A stretch of 64,000 nt of DNA from a virus (lineage: Duplodnaviria > Heunggongvirae > Uroviricota > Caudoviricetes): positions 160,001-224,000 of the IMG/VR virus record IMGVR_UViG_3300038345_000251; one strand, 5' to 3'. The notes under the pieces were generated by a model. It did no database searches. It saw only the letters and a program-made list of their open reading frames with translations, and was not told where the DNA came from. The position numbers were made by a program, and so were the translations under genes. Shown here piece by piece: positions 16,131-26,259 of this stretch. Position 1 is the first letter of the stretch. Each line of letters opens with the position of its first letter.

Positions 16131-18095
16131 ATGGAAAAGAAAATCAGTTATTTAAACAGGAATTATGAAGATTATCGTCAAGCATTAATTGACTTTTCAA
16201 AAAAATATTATGGTGATATGGAAATTGAATTCAACGATGCTTCTATTGCATCATGGTTAATTGATATTAATGCAGATATTGCGGATAATCTTAGTTATCA
16301 CATTGACAGGGTTTTTCAAGAAACTAATATTAATAGTGCAAATGAACGTGCATCATTATATGCATTAGCAAGGAACAATGGTTTTAAAGTACCTGGTCCA
16401 AAGGGTGCAATGGCTGAAGTAGAATTCAGTTGTTATATACCTATGAGTTCAACAACTAAAGAACCTGACTATGATTATGCACCGATTATTAGGAGAGGTA
16501 CTAAATTAGCAGGTGGTAATCAATTATTTGAATTGTTAGATGATGTTGATTTTTCATTACAATTTGATAGTAATGGTAATTCTAATAGAACAATTTATCC
16601 AATTGTTAATTCAAATGGTATTATAACACAATATAAAATTACAAAACTCGCTGTTGTTGTTGCTGGTGAAACTAAGATATATAAGAAAGTTGTTCGTGCA
16701 AGAGATATAGTTCCATTTATGGAGATTCTTATTCCAGAAACAAGTGTTATGAATGTTGAATCAATCGTTGTTAAAGATGGTGACAACTATATAACAAACC
16801 CTACTTATGGCGAATTTTACTATGATGGTGATGAAGAACAAAAATGTGAAATTCAAAATAAAAGAACGTATAGATATTTTGAAGTTGAATCTTTGGCACA
16901 ACAGTATAGATGGGGTGATGTTACAAATAAAGAAGGGAAAGCAGTAAGTCTTGTATATAATTATGTGTCAGGTAGTTCAGAATCAGAATACACATGGGTT
17001 ATACCAACATATTGTGTAACTAAAGGTAAATGGAAAGAAGTAAAACATAAGTTTATTACTGAATATACTGATAAAGGATATTTGAAGGTTATATTTGGTG
17101 CAGGTGTTGACCCTAATGTTGATATTGATATTACTGGTTCAGCAGATTTCTCAAAATTTCAGATTCAAAGAATTATTCAGAATGATAATTTAGGTTATTT
17201 ACCTAATCCGAATTCAACTGTATTCATTTTATATAGAAGTGGTGGTGGTAAGGCAAGTAATTTAGCACAAGGTGCAATTAATAATATTGTTTATCTTAAT
17301 GCTGAAATTGGTGGTAGTGATTCTTCAGTTAGAGAATCAGTTAAGAATACGATTTCTGTTGTTAGTACGACACCTTCAGTATCAGGTAAAGATATGCCAA
17401 CAGAACAGGAACTTAAATATTTAATTAAATATAATAGTGGTTCACAGAACAGATGTGTTACTGTTAAGGATTATGTTGCACAACTTTTAAAACTTCCACC
17501 AAGATATGGTACACCGTTTAGAGTTGGTGTTAATGAAGAAAATAATAAAATTATGCTTTATCTTCTTGGCTTAGATTATCAAGGTAAACTTGATTCAACA
17601 CTTCCTACAGCATTGATTCAAAATGTAAGAGATTATATTGCTGCTTATAGAATGATTAACGATTATATTGAAATTAAATCTGGTAAAATTATTAATATTG
17701 GATTTGATGTAGATTTATATATTGATAAAAACTATAATAAATCAGATGTTATTGCTAATGTAATTACTGTTATAAGCAATTATATGGATGTCAATCAACA
17801 TATTATGGGTGATGATATATTTGTTGGTGATATACAGAAAGAAGTTTCTAAAGTTGATGGAGTATTGAATGTGATTAAATTAGAAGTTTATAATTATTTT
17901 GGTGGTAATAATGGTGTTTATTCACCAACAAGAACGACACAAGAAACTGATGGTGATGTTGAAGCAGTTGATACAGCATCAAGAATAAAAATTGATTTAG
18001 AAGCGTCTGATTGGATTGTTTATTCAGAAGGTGATTCAATGTTAGAGGTTAAATACCCTGAGAGCGATATACGTGTCCGTTGTAAAGTAAGATAA
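16131..18095 (+). CDS. Baseplate wedge protein, T4 gp6/P2 gpJ-like
   Basis: YLNRNYEDYRQAL, ETNINSANERASLYALARNNGF, VIFGAG, YRSGGG..SN, SGKD, QNRCVTVKDY; follows gp25. Confidence 0.88.
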   Translation: MEKKISYLNRNYEDYRQALIDFSKKYYGDMEIEFNDASIASWLIDINADIADNLSYHIDRVFQETNINSANERASLYALARNNGFKVPGPKGAMAEVEFSCYIPMSSTTKEPDYDYAPIIRRGTKLAGGNQLFELLDDVDFSLQFDSNGNSNRTIYPIVNSNGIITQYKITKLAVVVAGETKIYKKVVRARDIVPFMEILIPETSVMNVESIVVKDGDNYITNPTYGEFYYDGDEEQKCEIQNKRTYRYFEVESLAQQYRWGDVTNKEGKAVSLVYNYVSGSSESEYTWVIPTYCVTKGKWKEVKHKFITEYTDKGYLKVIFGAGVDPNVDIDITGSADFSKFQIQRIIQNDNLGYLPNPNSTVFILYRSGGGKASNLAQGAINNIVYLNAEIGGSDSSVRESVKNTISVVSTTPSVSGKDMPTEQELKYLIKYNSGSQNRCVTVKDYVAQLLKLPPRYGTPFRVGVNEENNKIMLYLLGLDYQGKLDSTLPTALIQNVRDYIAAYRMINDYIEIKSGKIINIGFDVDLYIDKNYNKSDVIANVITVISNYMDVNQHIMGDDIFVGDIQKEVSKVDGVLNVIKLEVYNYFGGNNGVYSPTRTTQETDGDVEAVDTASRIKIDLEASDWIVYSEGDSMLEVKYPESDIRVRCKVR

Positions 18096-18096
18096 T

Positions 18097-18348
18097 ATGA
18101 GTTGTAATTGTAAAGTAGCAAAACAAATAACATATTTAGAAAAAAAATATGGGCATAATATACCAGTATCTAAACAGTCACAAATTAGGTTTAGATTTAC
18201 TGAATTCCTTAAAAATTTATTAGTTATTTTTATAGGAATATTATTTTTGCCAATTATGATTTTACACATTTTGTTTGTGTTAATTTTTAAAAAAGATAAG
18301 AAAATAAGTATTAAGAAATTACTTAGATTAAAATATGTCAGAAACTAA
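18097..18348 (+). CDS. Small membrane protein with N-terminal CxC
   Basis: MSCNCK start and long hydrophobic stretch LLVIFIGILFLPIMILHILFVLIF; tightly coupled in the operon. Confidence 0.7.
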   Translation: MSCNCKVAKQITYLEKKYGHNIPVSKQSQIRFRFTEFLKNLLVIFIGILFLPIMILHILFVLIFKKDKKISIKKLLRLKYVRN

Positions 18349-21300
18349 TAAAACTTTAAGAATAAGAACAGAAGTTAATGGTAATGTTTCATCTTCATCA
18401 CTTGCAGTTGGTATTAACCAAACTTATGATACATTTGAAATTTTATCACTTAAATTAAGACAGTCTGATGTTTATAAATTACACTCTGCTAACTATGGCG
18501 TTATAGTTGGTAGAGTTCTTGCTAATGGTAATTTTGGTGTTCCAAACGCTAAGATTAGTATTTTCATTGAAGGAAACTTTGATGATGAGGAAATATCAAA
18601 TATCTACCCATATACATCAACTTCAAGTGAAGATAAAAATGGTGTTAGATATAATCTTTTACCAGATGAAAAAATAGATGATTGCCATCAAGTAGTAGGT
18701 ACATTTCCAAATAAAACTTATTTACTTGATAATGACGTTCTTATTGATGTTTTTGACACATATTATATTTATACAACCAGAACTAATAATTCAGGTGACT
18801 ATATTATTGCAGGTGTTCCTACAGGTGTTCAAACCTTACATATGGATTTGGATTTGTCAGATTGTGGTATTCTTTCTCAAAGACCAAGGGATTTTGTTTA
18901 TAAAGGATATACAATTGAACAATTTGAAAATGCTAATCAGTTTAAAACAGACACAAATTTAGCATCTTTAAGTCAGATATTCACACAAGACCAAGTTGTT
19001 AATGTTATTCCTTTTTGGGGAAATGAAAATCAAGGTGAAACAATAGGAATAACAAGAGCAGATATTAAAATTTCATTTAAATTTGAACCTACTTGTATTT
19101 TTATGGGTTCACTTGTTGCTGATAATTCATCTAACGGTATTTCAAAGAAATGTGTTCCTACTAATCAAATGGGGGCAATGGATGAACTTACAACAGGTGA
19201 AGGTACTATTGAAATGATTAGATATACACCTGGTGGTAATATTGAATCATTTAACATTAGGGGTACACAATTGGTTGACGGTAACGGTGTTTGGTGTTAT
19301 CAAATTCCAATGAATCTTGATTATATGATGACCGATGAATACGGTAATATGGTCCCAACTGATGACCCAGAAAAAGGTATTCCGACAAGAACACGTGTTC
19401 GTTTCAGGTTTTCAATGCAGGATATGGAAAAGAATACTGATAACTATTTTAGAGCAAAAGTATTAGTTCCACATAATCCACAAGATTTACCAGGGAATTC
19501 AGGTAAACATGAAGACTATGACTATGAATTTGGTTCAGAAACAAGAGAGGATTCATTTAGAGATTTGTTATGGAATAATGTATATACAGTAAAATCATAT
19601 ATACCAAGATTTCAAAAATCAAAAACGTCAAGACACACACAAAGGTTTACAGGTATTAAACATTGTAATTTCTATGGACAAAATAACCCTATGCCTTATA
19701 ATAACATAAGGATTAAGTTACCATTAATGTTTACAATTCTTTGTGCATTAATTAAATCATATATTAGAATTGTTTATATTGTAAACAACATATTTAATGC
19801 GTTAGTAAACATATTACAGAAACTTGCTAATATTGTTGAAGGAGCTTTACACGTTTTATCACTTGGTATTTATACAGTTGTAAAATGGCTTTCAAAGAAG
19901 ATTAGCAATAATGATTCTGCATTAGACATTAGTTCACGTATGATGCGTCCATTCAAAAGCATGAGATATGTTTCTGTTGCTGATGGATTGTGTCCAGACC
20001 TTGAAAATTGGTATTTTGCACCTGTAAGAAAAGCACTTAGAACTAACGATGTTGACCTTCTTCAACAAACACTTGATTATCTTGTTGGTAAAGAAGGTGA
20101 AGAAGCAGAAGACCAAAATATTCCATTAAAGGATAGTGGTGGTACAAGTGATTTACAATCTATTGATAAAACAAATACTGATTATGAAGATAAACAAGAA
20201 AAAGTTTGTCTTACAATATATACTGACTATCTTATTGCTTGTATAGAAATGGCATTGGCACAAGAATATAGAGTAATCAATTTTGATTTCTATAATGATT
20301 GGGTCAATGGTGTTATTTATATGCCAAGATGGATGCGTTTTGTCCGTCCAAAAAGAACCTTTTTATTTGGTTTAATTAAGATTAAACAAAAAATTAAGGC
20401 TTGTATGGATGATACTAAAATTTTCCATAAAACAAGATATTATGTACAACAATGTGCATTGGAATATAAAAAGAGTAAAGAGAATCTTTATACGGATATT
20501 ACCACATATAATGGATGTGTAAATAATAAACCAAAATCAAAGAAACAAAAATGCCATAAATCAAAACTTGCAAGAAAAAGATATGGTATATTTGGTGGGT
20601 CTAAATCAGGTAGAAGACCTGGTAATGGTGGTGTGGTACACGAAGATGAAACATCAAGAGGACAGTTTGTCTATTATTTAAAACCATGTGAGTGGAGAAG
20701 TCAGGCAAACAATAAGAAAACTGTTTTATTTGCTAATGATATTGTTCTTTTAGGTTCTTTACTTGAATGTAATTTATATGGTATTCCACAGGCATTTAAA
20801 TATTTAACCAGTTCATCATATATAATGCCAACTAACTTAGCATTGACTAATATGGATGATGAAGGTTATTTATATGCTGATAATGATGGTGTGATTTGTA
20901 GTAATACAAATAATGAAGTTGATGAAAGTAAGTCTGTTACACAAGTTGATAATAGTTATTCTGCATTAACAGAATATTATTCTAAAGCAGAAGAAGACCT
21001 TACATACGGTAAAACAGAAGGTGATGACCTTGGTGAAGTATTTGATGATATGATTCCTCTTACTGAAGCAGCAGGTATTGCATGGAACTATACGGGTCCA
21101 GGACAGGGTAAGAAGAGTGAATATGTTAATAAGAGTTTATATATGCCAGGAGGTCATTTCTTGGGTATAAGCTGTACTAATGCAGAAACAAACATTAAAT
21201 CTTGTGTAAATCTGGAACGTATTTGTGAAATTGGTTCAAATATGTCGCAAAGAAGGGAAGAAGTTAGAAAGATTGTAGGTACAACAAATGATTTTCAATA

Positions 21301-24300
21301 TAGATATTTTGTTCCGACAGGATTGATTGCAAATGATGAAATAAACGGTAGTTCGTTTAGAAGTATGTTTGCAACAATGAATCATAAAAGACTTCTTTGT
21401 GAAAATAGATTTGATGAAAAAACAGGTTATCCAATTTATGATTTTATTTATCTACGTCCAAACGGATTTGATGGTTCATTAAAAACTAAAACAAAAGATG
21501 TTGATTGGAATAAATCACTTAGTATACATGATGAATATAGTGAATTTCCTGATGTAGCAAAAGATGTTAATTATGATGTTAATGAAACAGCATATACACA
21601 TACAAGAACAATTGAAGAAACTAAAGAAGATTATTATAAGTTTAGATTTGGTCTTGATGATTTATCTTTAGAAGAACAACAAAAAAGATTTTTAAATTTT
21701 GATGGAAGTAATGTTTCATTACCACAATATGAAAATTCATTTTATTTCTATTTTGGTTTAAAAGATGGTTCTACAGCATTTGATGAATTTCTTAAACAAT
21801 TCTTCTCAGTTTGTGATACAACAAGTAGATTGAAGAATAAAATGGCACTTAATATGACATCTGAAGAAAAACATATGTGTAGTTTTACTTCAGATATTGT
21901 ATTAGAAGGATTACACGGTAATGGTATAATTACAGGTAGATATGAATATTATGTAGATTGTGAAGAAGATGTGCAAGTTGTTAAATTACCTTCAAAACAG
22001 GCAGTAAATGGACAATTTGAATATCGTATATCTGATTTACCATTTGGTAATTATAAGTTTATTATTTCTGATGAAAATGACAACAGTATAACTAAGGAAT
22101 TTGAAATTGGTGCTGAAGTTATAACAAGTAAACTCACGTCAACCAATTTTGAGTTTAGAACTAAGAATTTAACAGAAAATACAATTGTTAGTTCAGGAAA
22201 ATCACTTGATTGTGGTTATATTGAAATTATGAATTTAACATACGATGGTAGAGTGTTTCCTGGAGATTTGACATGGGATGATATTAAGAGTAATTTGGTT
22301 ATTATCGAAAATAGTAGTAAAAAGTATTTTGGTGGTAACATTTCAAAAATACCAGAATGCTTTAGAAACGGATATACCCAAATTAATGCTGATGTAAGTG
22401 TTGAAGGAAAGATATATGTATGGAAAGCCGATGCTTCTTATGATGTTTATTTAACTTCATTAAATGGTGGCGGTTGTAATGGATATATGAATTTAGGTAC
22501 TGTTTATGTTGAAGGTATTGATAATTACGATTTATATCTTGGAAGTAAACTGTTACCATATAGTACAGAATTAGTGAATTATACAGGTGAATGGTGGAGA
22601 AATATAGGTGGTGATAGTTTAATTGATTGGGCTAAACGATACGCTTTATATAGAAGAACTGATTATAGTGCTGATACATTCACAAACAAGATATTTGCAG
22701 TAAATCTTAAAGATAAGGTAGTTGATACAGCATTATTTGGTGCTCCTGAATATGCTAATGGTTTTATGCTTAAAGTGTATTATGAAAACGATGATTTTAA
22801 TACAGGTGATACACAATATTCATTAACCGATTCATCGTTGTGGTCAACAAGTTTATCATCCGCAACCACGTTACCAAATGATGAAAGACAATTATTTGGT
22901 GAAATGGCAATTAATGGTAAAGCAATCGTTAGTGATAAGTTAGCTGTTGTTCCAATAACAGGTAGTGGATATACAGGTATTCGACCATATTTTGAAGCAA
23001 CTATCACTAATGATAAATTGAAAGATAAACATGGTTGCCTTGCAAAACTTGAAGATGGAACTATTCTTTATTGTGTGTACGATAAAGATAATAATCGTAC
23101 ACACAATAAAGATAATAATCGTTTCTCATTTGATGGTGATATGCCTGAAGATATTGTTGGTACAAATGTAAGCATATACCCTATATTCTATTATCCTGTA
23201 ATCAATAGACCATTTTATTCAAAAGTATATATTGCTACTTGGTTAAATCCAGATGTTATATTAGGAAATGATAGTAGTCTTAGTGTTGGATATGATGTAG
23301 AACAATTTATGTCTACATTTGATATATTTAATGGTTTAACATATGAAAATGAAGAACATGAAGGTAAAAAATTTGGTTTGCTAGAAATTCAAGAAGTCGA
23401 TTTTACTAAGTCAGGTAGAACACAAAATACTGATGCAACAGGTACTGAAACAGGTGGTAAACCTGAAGATGTAAAAGAAACATTTAATGTTTCAGGCGGT
23501 TCACGTTGGGAAAAAGATGAAAATAATGAAGATATATTTATTGAAGAAAAATATGGTAGTTATTCTTATACAATAAAAGAAAATGGACCGAAAAAACCTG
23601 AAGAAAGTGCTACTGAACAAGAAAAGGAAACATATAAGAAATTAACAACTCCTTATACAATCGAACTTAATACAATTGATGATATAACAAATATTACATT
23701 ACCTGATAGTATTAGTTACAGAATAGATACAGGTGCTAATGGAATTAGGTTTGTTAAAGATACAAATGATAGAAATACATATTATCTTGTAAAAGCTAAT
23801 ACGCCACTTGATGTTAAAGGATATGTTTATACTGTTGATGAAAATAATAGTAAACGTTATTTCCTTGCTTGTGTATTTGGACCGTTATCAGATAAAAAAT
23901 TAAAAGCAACATATAAAGACCCTGATGAAAATGATACAGTACAATATGTTAATAAACCAGGTGATTATGTTTTTGTCGAAGTTTATAGAGGAATTGCTTT
24001 ATATGGGTTAAAAATCCCTTATTACGATTCTAATAGAGCAGAGACAAAGAAATATAAAAACATAGTTAAAGGTTATTCTGATTCATTGACAGCAACTACT
24101 GATAATCCAGATGATTTTTGGAAACTTTATAATAGATTAACAGAAGATTTTGACATTACGCCATTGTTTACGTTTGATTGGAAAGATACTTCAGTAAAAG
24201 CAGTTGATGTATATAATACAATTAAAGATTTAAGCACAACTAAATGTAAAATAGACTTTACTGATGTTATTACTGATGATGATATTGACATCGAAATAGT

Positions 24301-26257
24301 TCAAAAAGGTGACGAAAATCGTGAACTTTTTGTTTGGGATAATGTTAAAGATTTTTACGTAGTTGGTTTTGAAACATTTGATAAAGATAATAGTAGGGAT
24401 GCTGATTGTTTTGAAAAGAATGTAAATGGTATGGGTAGTACTACTATCTATAGAATTTATGACGGTAAAAATCTCAAACAACTTCCAAACTACGATAGTG
24501 GTGCTATAGACCCTTACTTGTATATTGTACCAAGTGGTATAACAGGTATTTATCCACACCCTGACCAAGATGTTCCTGAACCTGAAGAAAGTGCATTTGT
24601 TTGGAATGACAGTCAGGCAGATAGGTTAACTATAGGTGAAGACCCTCAAATTCTTGCAACAGAACAAAGTAGAAGTAATATTGGATATAGTGTTACTGGT
24701 TATACTAATTTAAGAGGTGAAGCCAATAATGATTGGATAGAAACAGTTATATTAAGAGGTGGTAATTGTACAGTAAGTTTCAAGAAGAATGTTAATAATG
24801 GTGAGCAAACTCAGCCAAGAACAGGTACTGTAAGTATATTCTGTGATGAAGTTACTAATTCTATTGGTACACTTACGATTATACAACAAGGTGATGAAGG
24901 TAATAGATTCTATTGGGGTACTGAAGGTGAAGAAACAACAACAGGTACTACAGCAGAAACACAAGGACAATCAGTAACGTTAGATTATAGAGTTACAGGT
25001 TATACGAATTTACAAGGCGCACCTGCTGATTCTTGGGTGAAAGATATAGTATTCAACAATGGTGTATGTACTTTTACTGTTGAAGCAAATGAAGGTGATA
25101 GTGGAGAAAGAGATACAACTATTACAGTTAATAGTACACAACGTAATGGTATAGGAACAGTTAATGTACATCAAGACGGTGGTTCATATTTCTACTTTAT
25201 TGAAGGTGAAACTAAATTAACAACATCTGGCTGTGATGTATCTAATGCTACAACAACAGTAACAGGTAGTTATGATAGTACTTATGAAACATTAACATCT
25301 GCAACAACAAGTGATTGGATAACAGGTATTGTCTTTAATGATGATACATATACTGTAACATTTAATGATTATCTTTGGCCAGATGATGGAAGTTTATTAC
25401 GCCCAGTGAGAACAGGAACTATAGAAATATACGGTGATGGAAGTGAAGAACCTGTTGGAACGTTTACTGTAGAACAAGGCTTTACGTTAGAGTTTTATGT
25501 AAACGGTGATTGGGAAGATGCTGCACCTGATTATGAGTTTGATACATATACACAACAAACCGTTGAATTACAATATCGTTATAAACATTTAACAGGATTA
25601 AATGTTAATGCGGTTGTTGTAAATGAAGATGATGAAGATGTACCTTGTGATTGGATTACAAATCTTTCAATGGATGGTGAGTATATTAGGTTTACCGTTG
25701 CTGAAAATACAACTCAGGATGAACGTGAATGTTTCATTTTAATCAATTGTAACGAAGAAGAAGAAATTGATAGTATTATTGTTACACAACCAGGTGTACC
25801 GACAAGAACAGTAAGAGTTTCGTTTAATAACAATACGTGGAATATTACAAATATGTCAACACGAGTAACAGCACTTGAAACTGAAATTGGCTGTAATATA
25901 ACCGCACAAGGCGGTACAGGTTCTGCTGTTGGTAGAACATCACCAATGACAGAACAGGGTGGTAGTTATGATTTTACTTTTAATGGTATGTTAGAATATA
26001 CAGATGTTGTAACAGGACAAACAACGTTATATATGACACTTGTTTTCGAATCATCAAATGTAAGAAATATTCAAATTGTACCTACTGAAAACTGGGCTAA
26101 ATATGGTAATTATGGTACATATGTATTTAATGATGCAAGTAGTGGAGAAGGTAGTGAAGTAACAATACAAATGCATGTTAACGTACCACAAGGACTTAAT
26201 GATACAACAATAACAATAACAAGAGTTGATTGGGACTTGGAAGATAGACAAAATTAA
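18335..26257 (+). CDS. 2640-aa baseplate/tail structural protein with C-terminal BACON-like repeats
   Basis: N-terminal GVIVGRV...PNAKISIF beta-sandwich; internal hydrophobic/amphipathic helix; about four BACON-like units (DWI...N....R.G.I...Q) near the C-terminus; baseplate operon position. Confidence 0.75.
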   Translation: MSETNKTLRIRTEVNGNVSSSSLAVGINQTYDTFEILSLKLRQSDVYKLHSANYGVIVGRVLANGNFGVPNAKISIFIEGNFDDEEISNIYPYTSTSSEDKNGVRYNLLPDEKIDDCHQVVGTFPNKTYLLDNDVLIDVFDTYYIYTTRTNNSGDYIIAGVPTGVQTLHMDLDLSDCGILSQRPRDFVYKGYTIEQFENANQFKTDTNLASLSQIFTQDQVVNVIPFWGNENQGETIGITRADIKISFKFEPTCIFMGSLVADNSSNGISKKCVPTNQMGAMDELTTGEGTIEMIRYTPGGNIESFNIRGTQLVDGNGVWCYQIPMNLDYMMTDEYGNMVPTDDPEKGIPTRTRVRFRFSMQDMEKNTDNYFRAKVLVPHNPQDLPGNSGKHEDYDYEFGSETREDSFRDLLWNNVYTVKSYIPRFQKSKTSRHTQRFTGIKHCNFYGQNNPMPYNNIRIKLPLMFTILCALIKSYIRIVYIVNNIFNALVNILQKLANIVEGALHVLSLGIYTVVKWLSKKISNNDSALDISSRMMRPFKSMRYVSVADGLCPDLENWYFAPVRKALRTNDVDLLQQTLDYLVGKEGEEAEDQNIPLKDSGGTSDLQSIDKTNTDYEDKQEKVCLTIYTDYLIACIEMALAQEYRVINFDFYNDWVNGVIYMPRWMRFVRPKRTFLFGLIKIKQKIKACMDDTKIFHKTRYYVQQCALEYKKSKENLYTDITTYNGCVNNKPKSKKQKCHKSKLARKRYGIFGGSKSGRRPGNGGVVHEDETSRGQFVYYLKPCEWRSQANNKKTVLFANDIVLLGSLLECNLYGIPQAFKYLTSSSYIMPTNLALTNMDDEGYLYADNDGVICSNTNNEVDESKSVTQVDNSYSALTEYYSKAEEDLTYGKTEGDDLGEVFDDMIPLTEAAGIAWNYTGPGQGKKSEYVNKSLYMPGGHFLGISCTNAETNIKSCVNLERICEIGSNMSQRREEVRKIVGTTNDFQYRYFVPTGLIANDEINGSSFRSMFATMNHKRLLCENRFDEKTGYPIYDFIYLRPNGFDGSLKTKTKDVDWNKSLSIHDEYSEFPDVAKDVNYDVNETAYTHTRTIEETKEDYYKFRFGLDDLSLEEQQKRFLNFDGSNVSLPQYENSFYFYFGLKDGSTAFDEFLKQFFSVCDTTSRLKNKMALNMTSEEKHMCSFTSDIVLEGLHGNGIITGRYEYYVDCEEDVQVVKLPSKQAVNGQFEYRISDLPFGNYKFIISDENDNSITKEFEIGAEVITSKLTSTNFEFRTKNLTENTIVSSGKSLDCGYIEIMNLTYDGRVFPGDLTWDDIKSNLVIIENSSKKYFGGNISKIPECFRNGYTQINADVSVEGKIYVWKADASYDVYLTSLNGGGCNGYMNLGTVYVEGIDNYDLYLGSKLLPYSTELVNYTGEWWRNIGGDSLIDWAKRYALYRRTDYSADTFTNKIFAVNLKDKVVDTALFGAPEYANGFMLKVYYENDDFNTGDTQYSLTDSSLWSTSLSSATTLPNDERQLFGEMAINGKAIVSDKLAVVPITGSGYTGIRPYFEATITNDKLKDKHGCLAKLEDGTILYCVYDKDNNRTHNKDNNRFSFDGDMPEDIVGTNVSIYPIFYYPVINRPFYSKVYIATWLNPDVILGNDSSLSVGYDVEQFMSTFDIFNGLTYENEEHEGKKFGLLEIQEVDFTKSGRTQNTDATGTETGGKPEDVKETFNVSGGSRWEKDENNEDIFIEEKYGSYSYTIKENGPKKPEESATEQEKETYKKLTTPYTIELNTIDDITNITLPDSISYRIDTGANGIRFVKDTNDRNTYYLVKANTPLDVKGYVYTVDENNSKRYFLACVFGPLSDKKLKATYKDPDENDTVQYVNKPGDYVFVEVYRGIALYGLKIPYYDSNRAETKKYKNIVKGYSDSLTATTDNPDDFWKLYNRLTEDFDITPLFTFDWKDTSVKAVDVYNTIKDLSTTKCKIDFTDVITDDDIDIEIVQKGDENRELFVWDNVKDFYVVGFETFDKDNSRDADCFEKNVNGMGSTTIYRIYDGKNLKQLPNYDSGAIDPYLYIVPSGITGIYPHPDQDVPEPEESAFVWNDSQADRLTIGEDPQILATEQSRSNIGYSVTGYTNLRGEANNDWIETVILRGGNCTVSFKKNVNNGEQTQPRTGTVSIFCDEVTNSIGTLTIIQQGDEGNRFYWGTEGEETTTGTTAETQGQSVTLDYRVTGYTNLQGAPADSWVKDIVFNNGVCTFTVEANEGDSGERDTTITVNSTQRNGIGTVNVHQDGGSYFYFIEGETKLTTSGCDVSNATTTVTGSYDSTYETLTSATTSDWITGIVFNDDTYTVTFNDYLWPDDGSLLRPVRTGTIEIYGDGSEEPVGTFTVEQGFTLEFYVNGDWEDAAPDYEFDTYTQQTVELQYRYKHLTGLNVNAVVVNEDDEDVPCDWITNLSMDGEYIRFTVAENTTQDERECFILINCNEEEEIDSIIVTQPGVPTRTVRVSFNNNTWNITNMSTRVTALETEIGCNITAQGGTGSAVGRTSPMTEQGGSYDFTFNGMLEYTDVVTGQTTLYMTLVFESSNVRNIQIVPTENWAKYGNYGTYVFNDASSGEGSEVTIQMHVNVPQGLNDTTITITRVDWDLEDRQN

Positions 26258-26259
26258 AT

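Noticed and set aside
23082-23122. 17-bp direct repeat ataaagataataatcgt (and tcagcattaaca twice near 32168-32194)
   Set aside because: Small in-frame micro-duplications inside structural genes; no sign of a target-site duplication or regulatory role.
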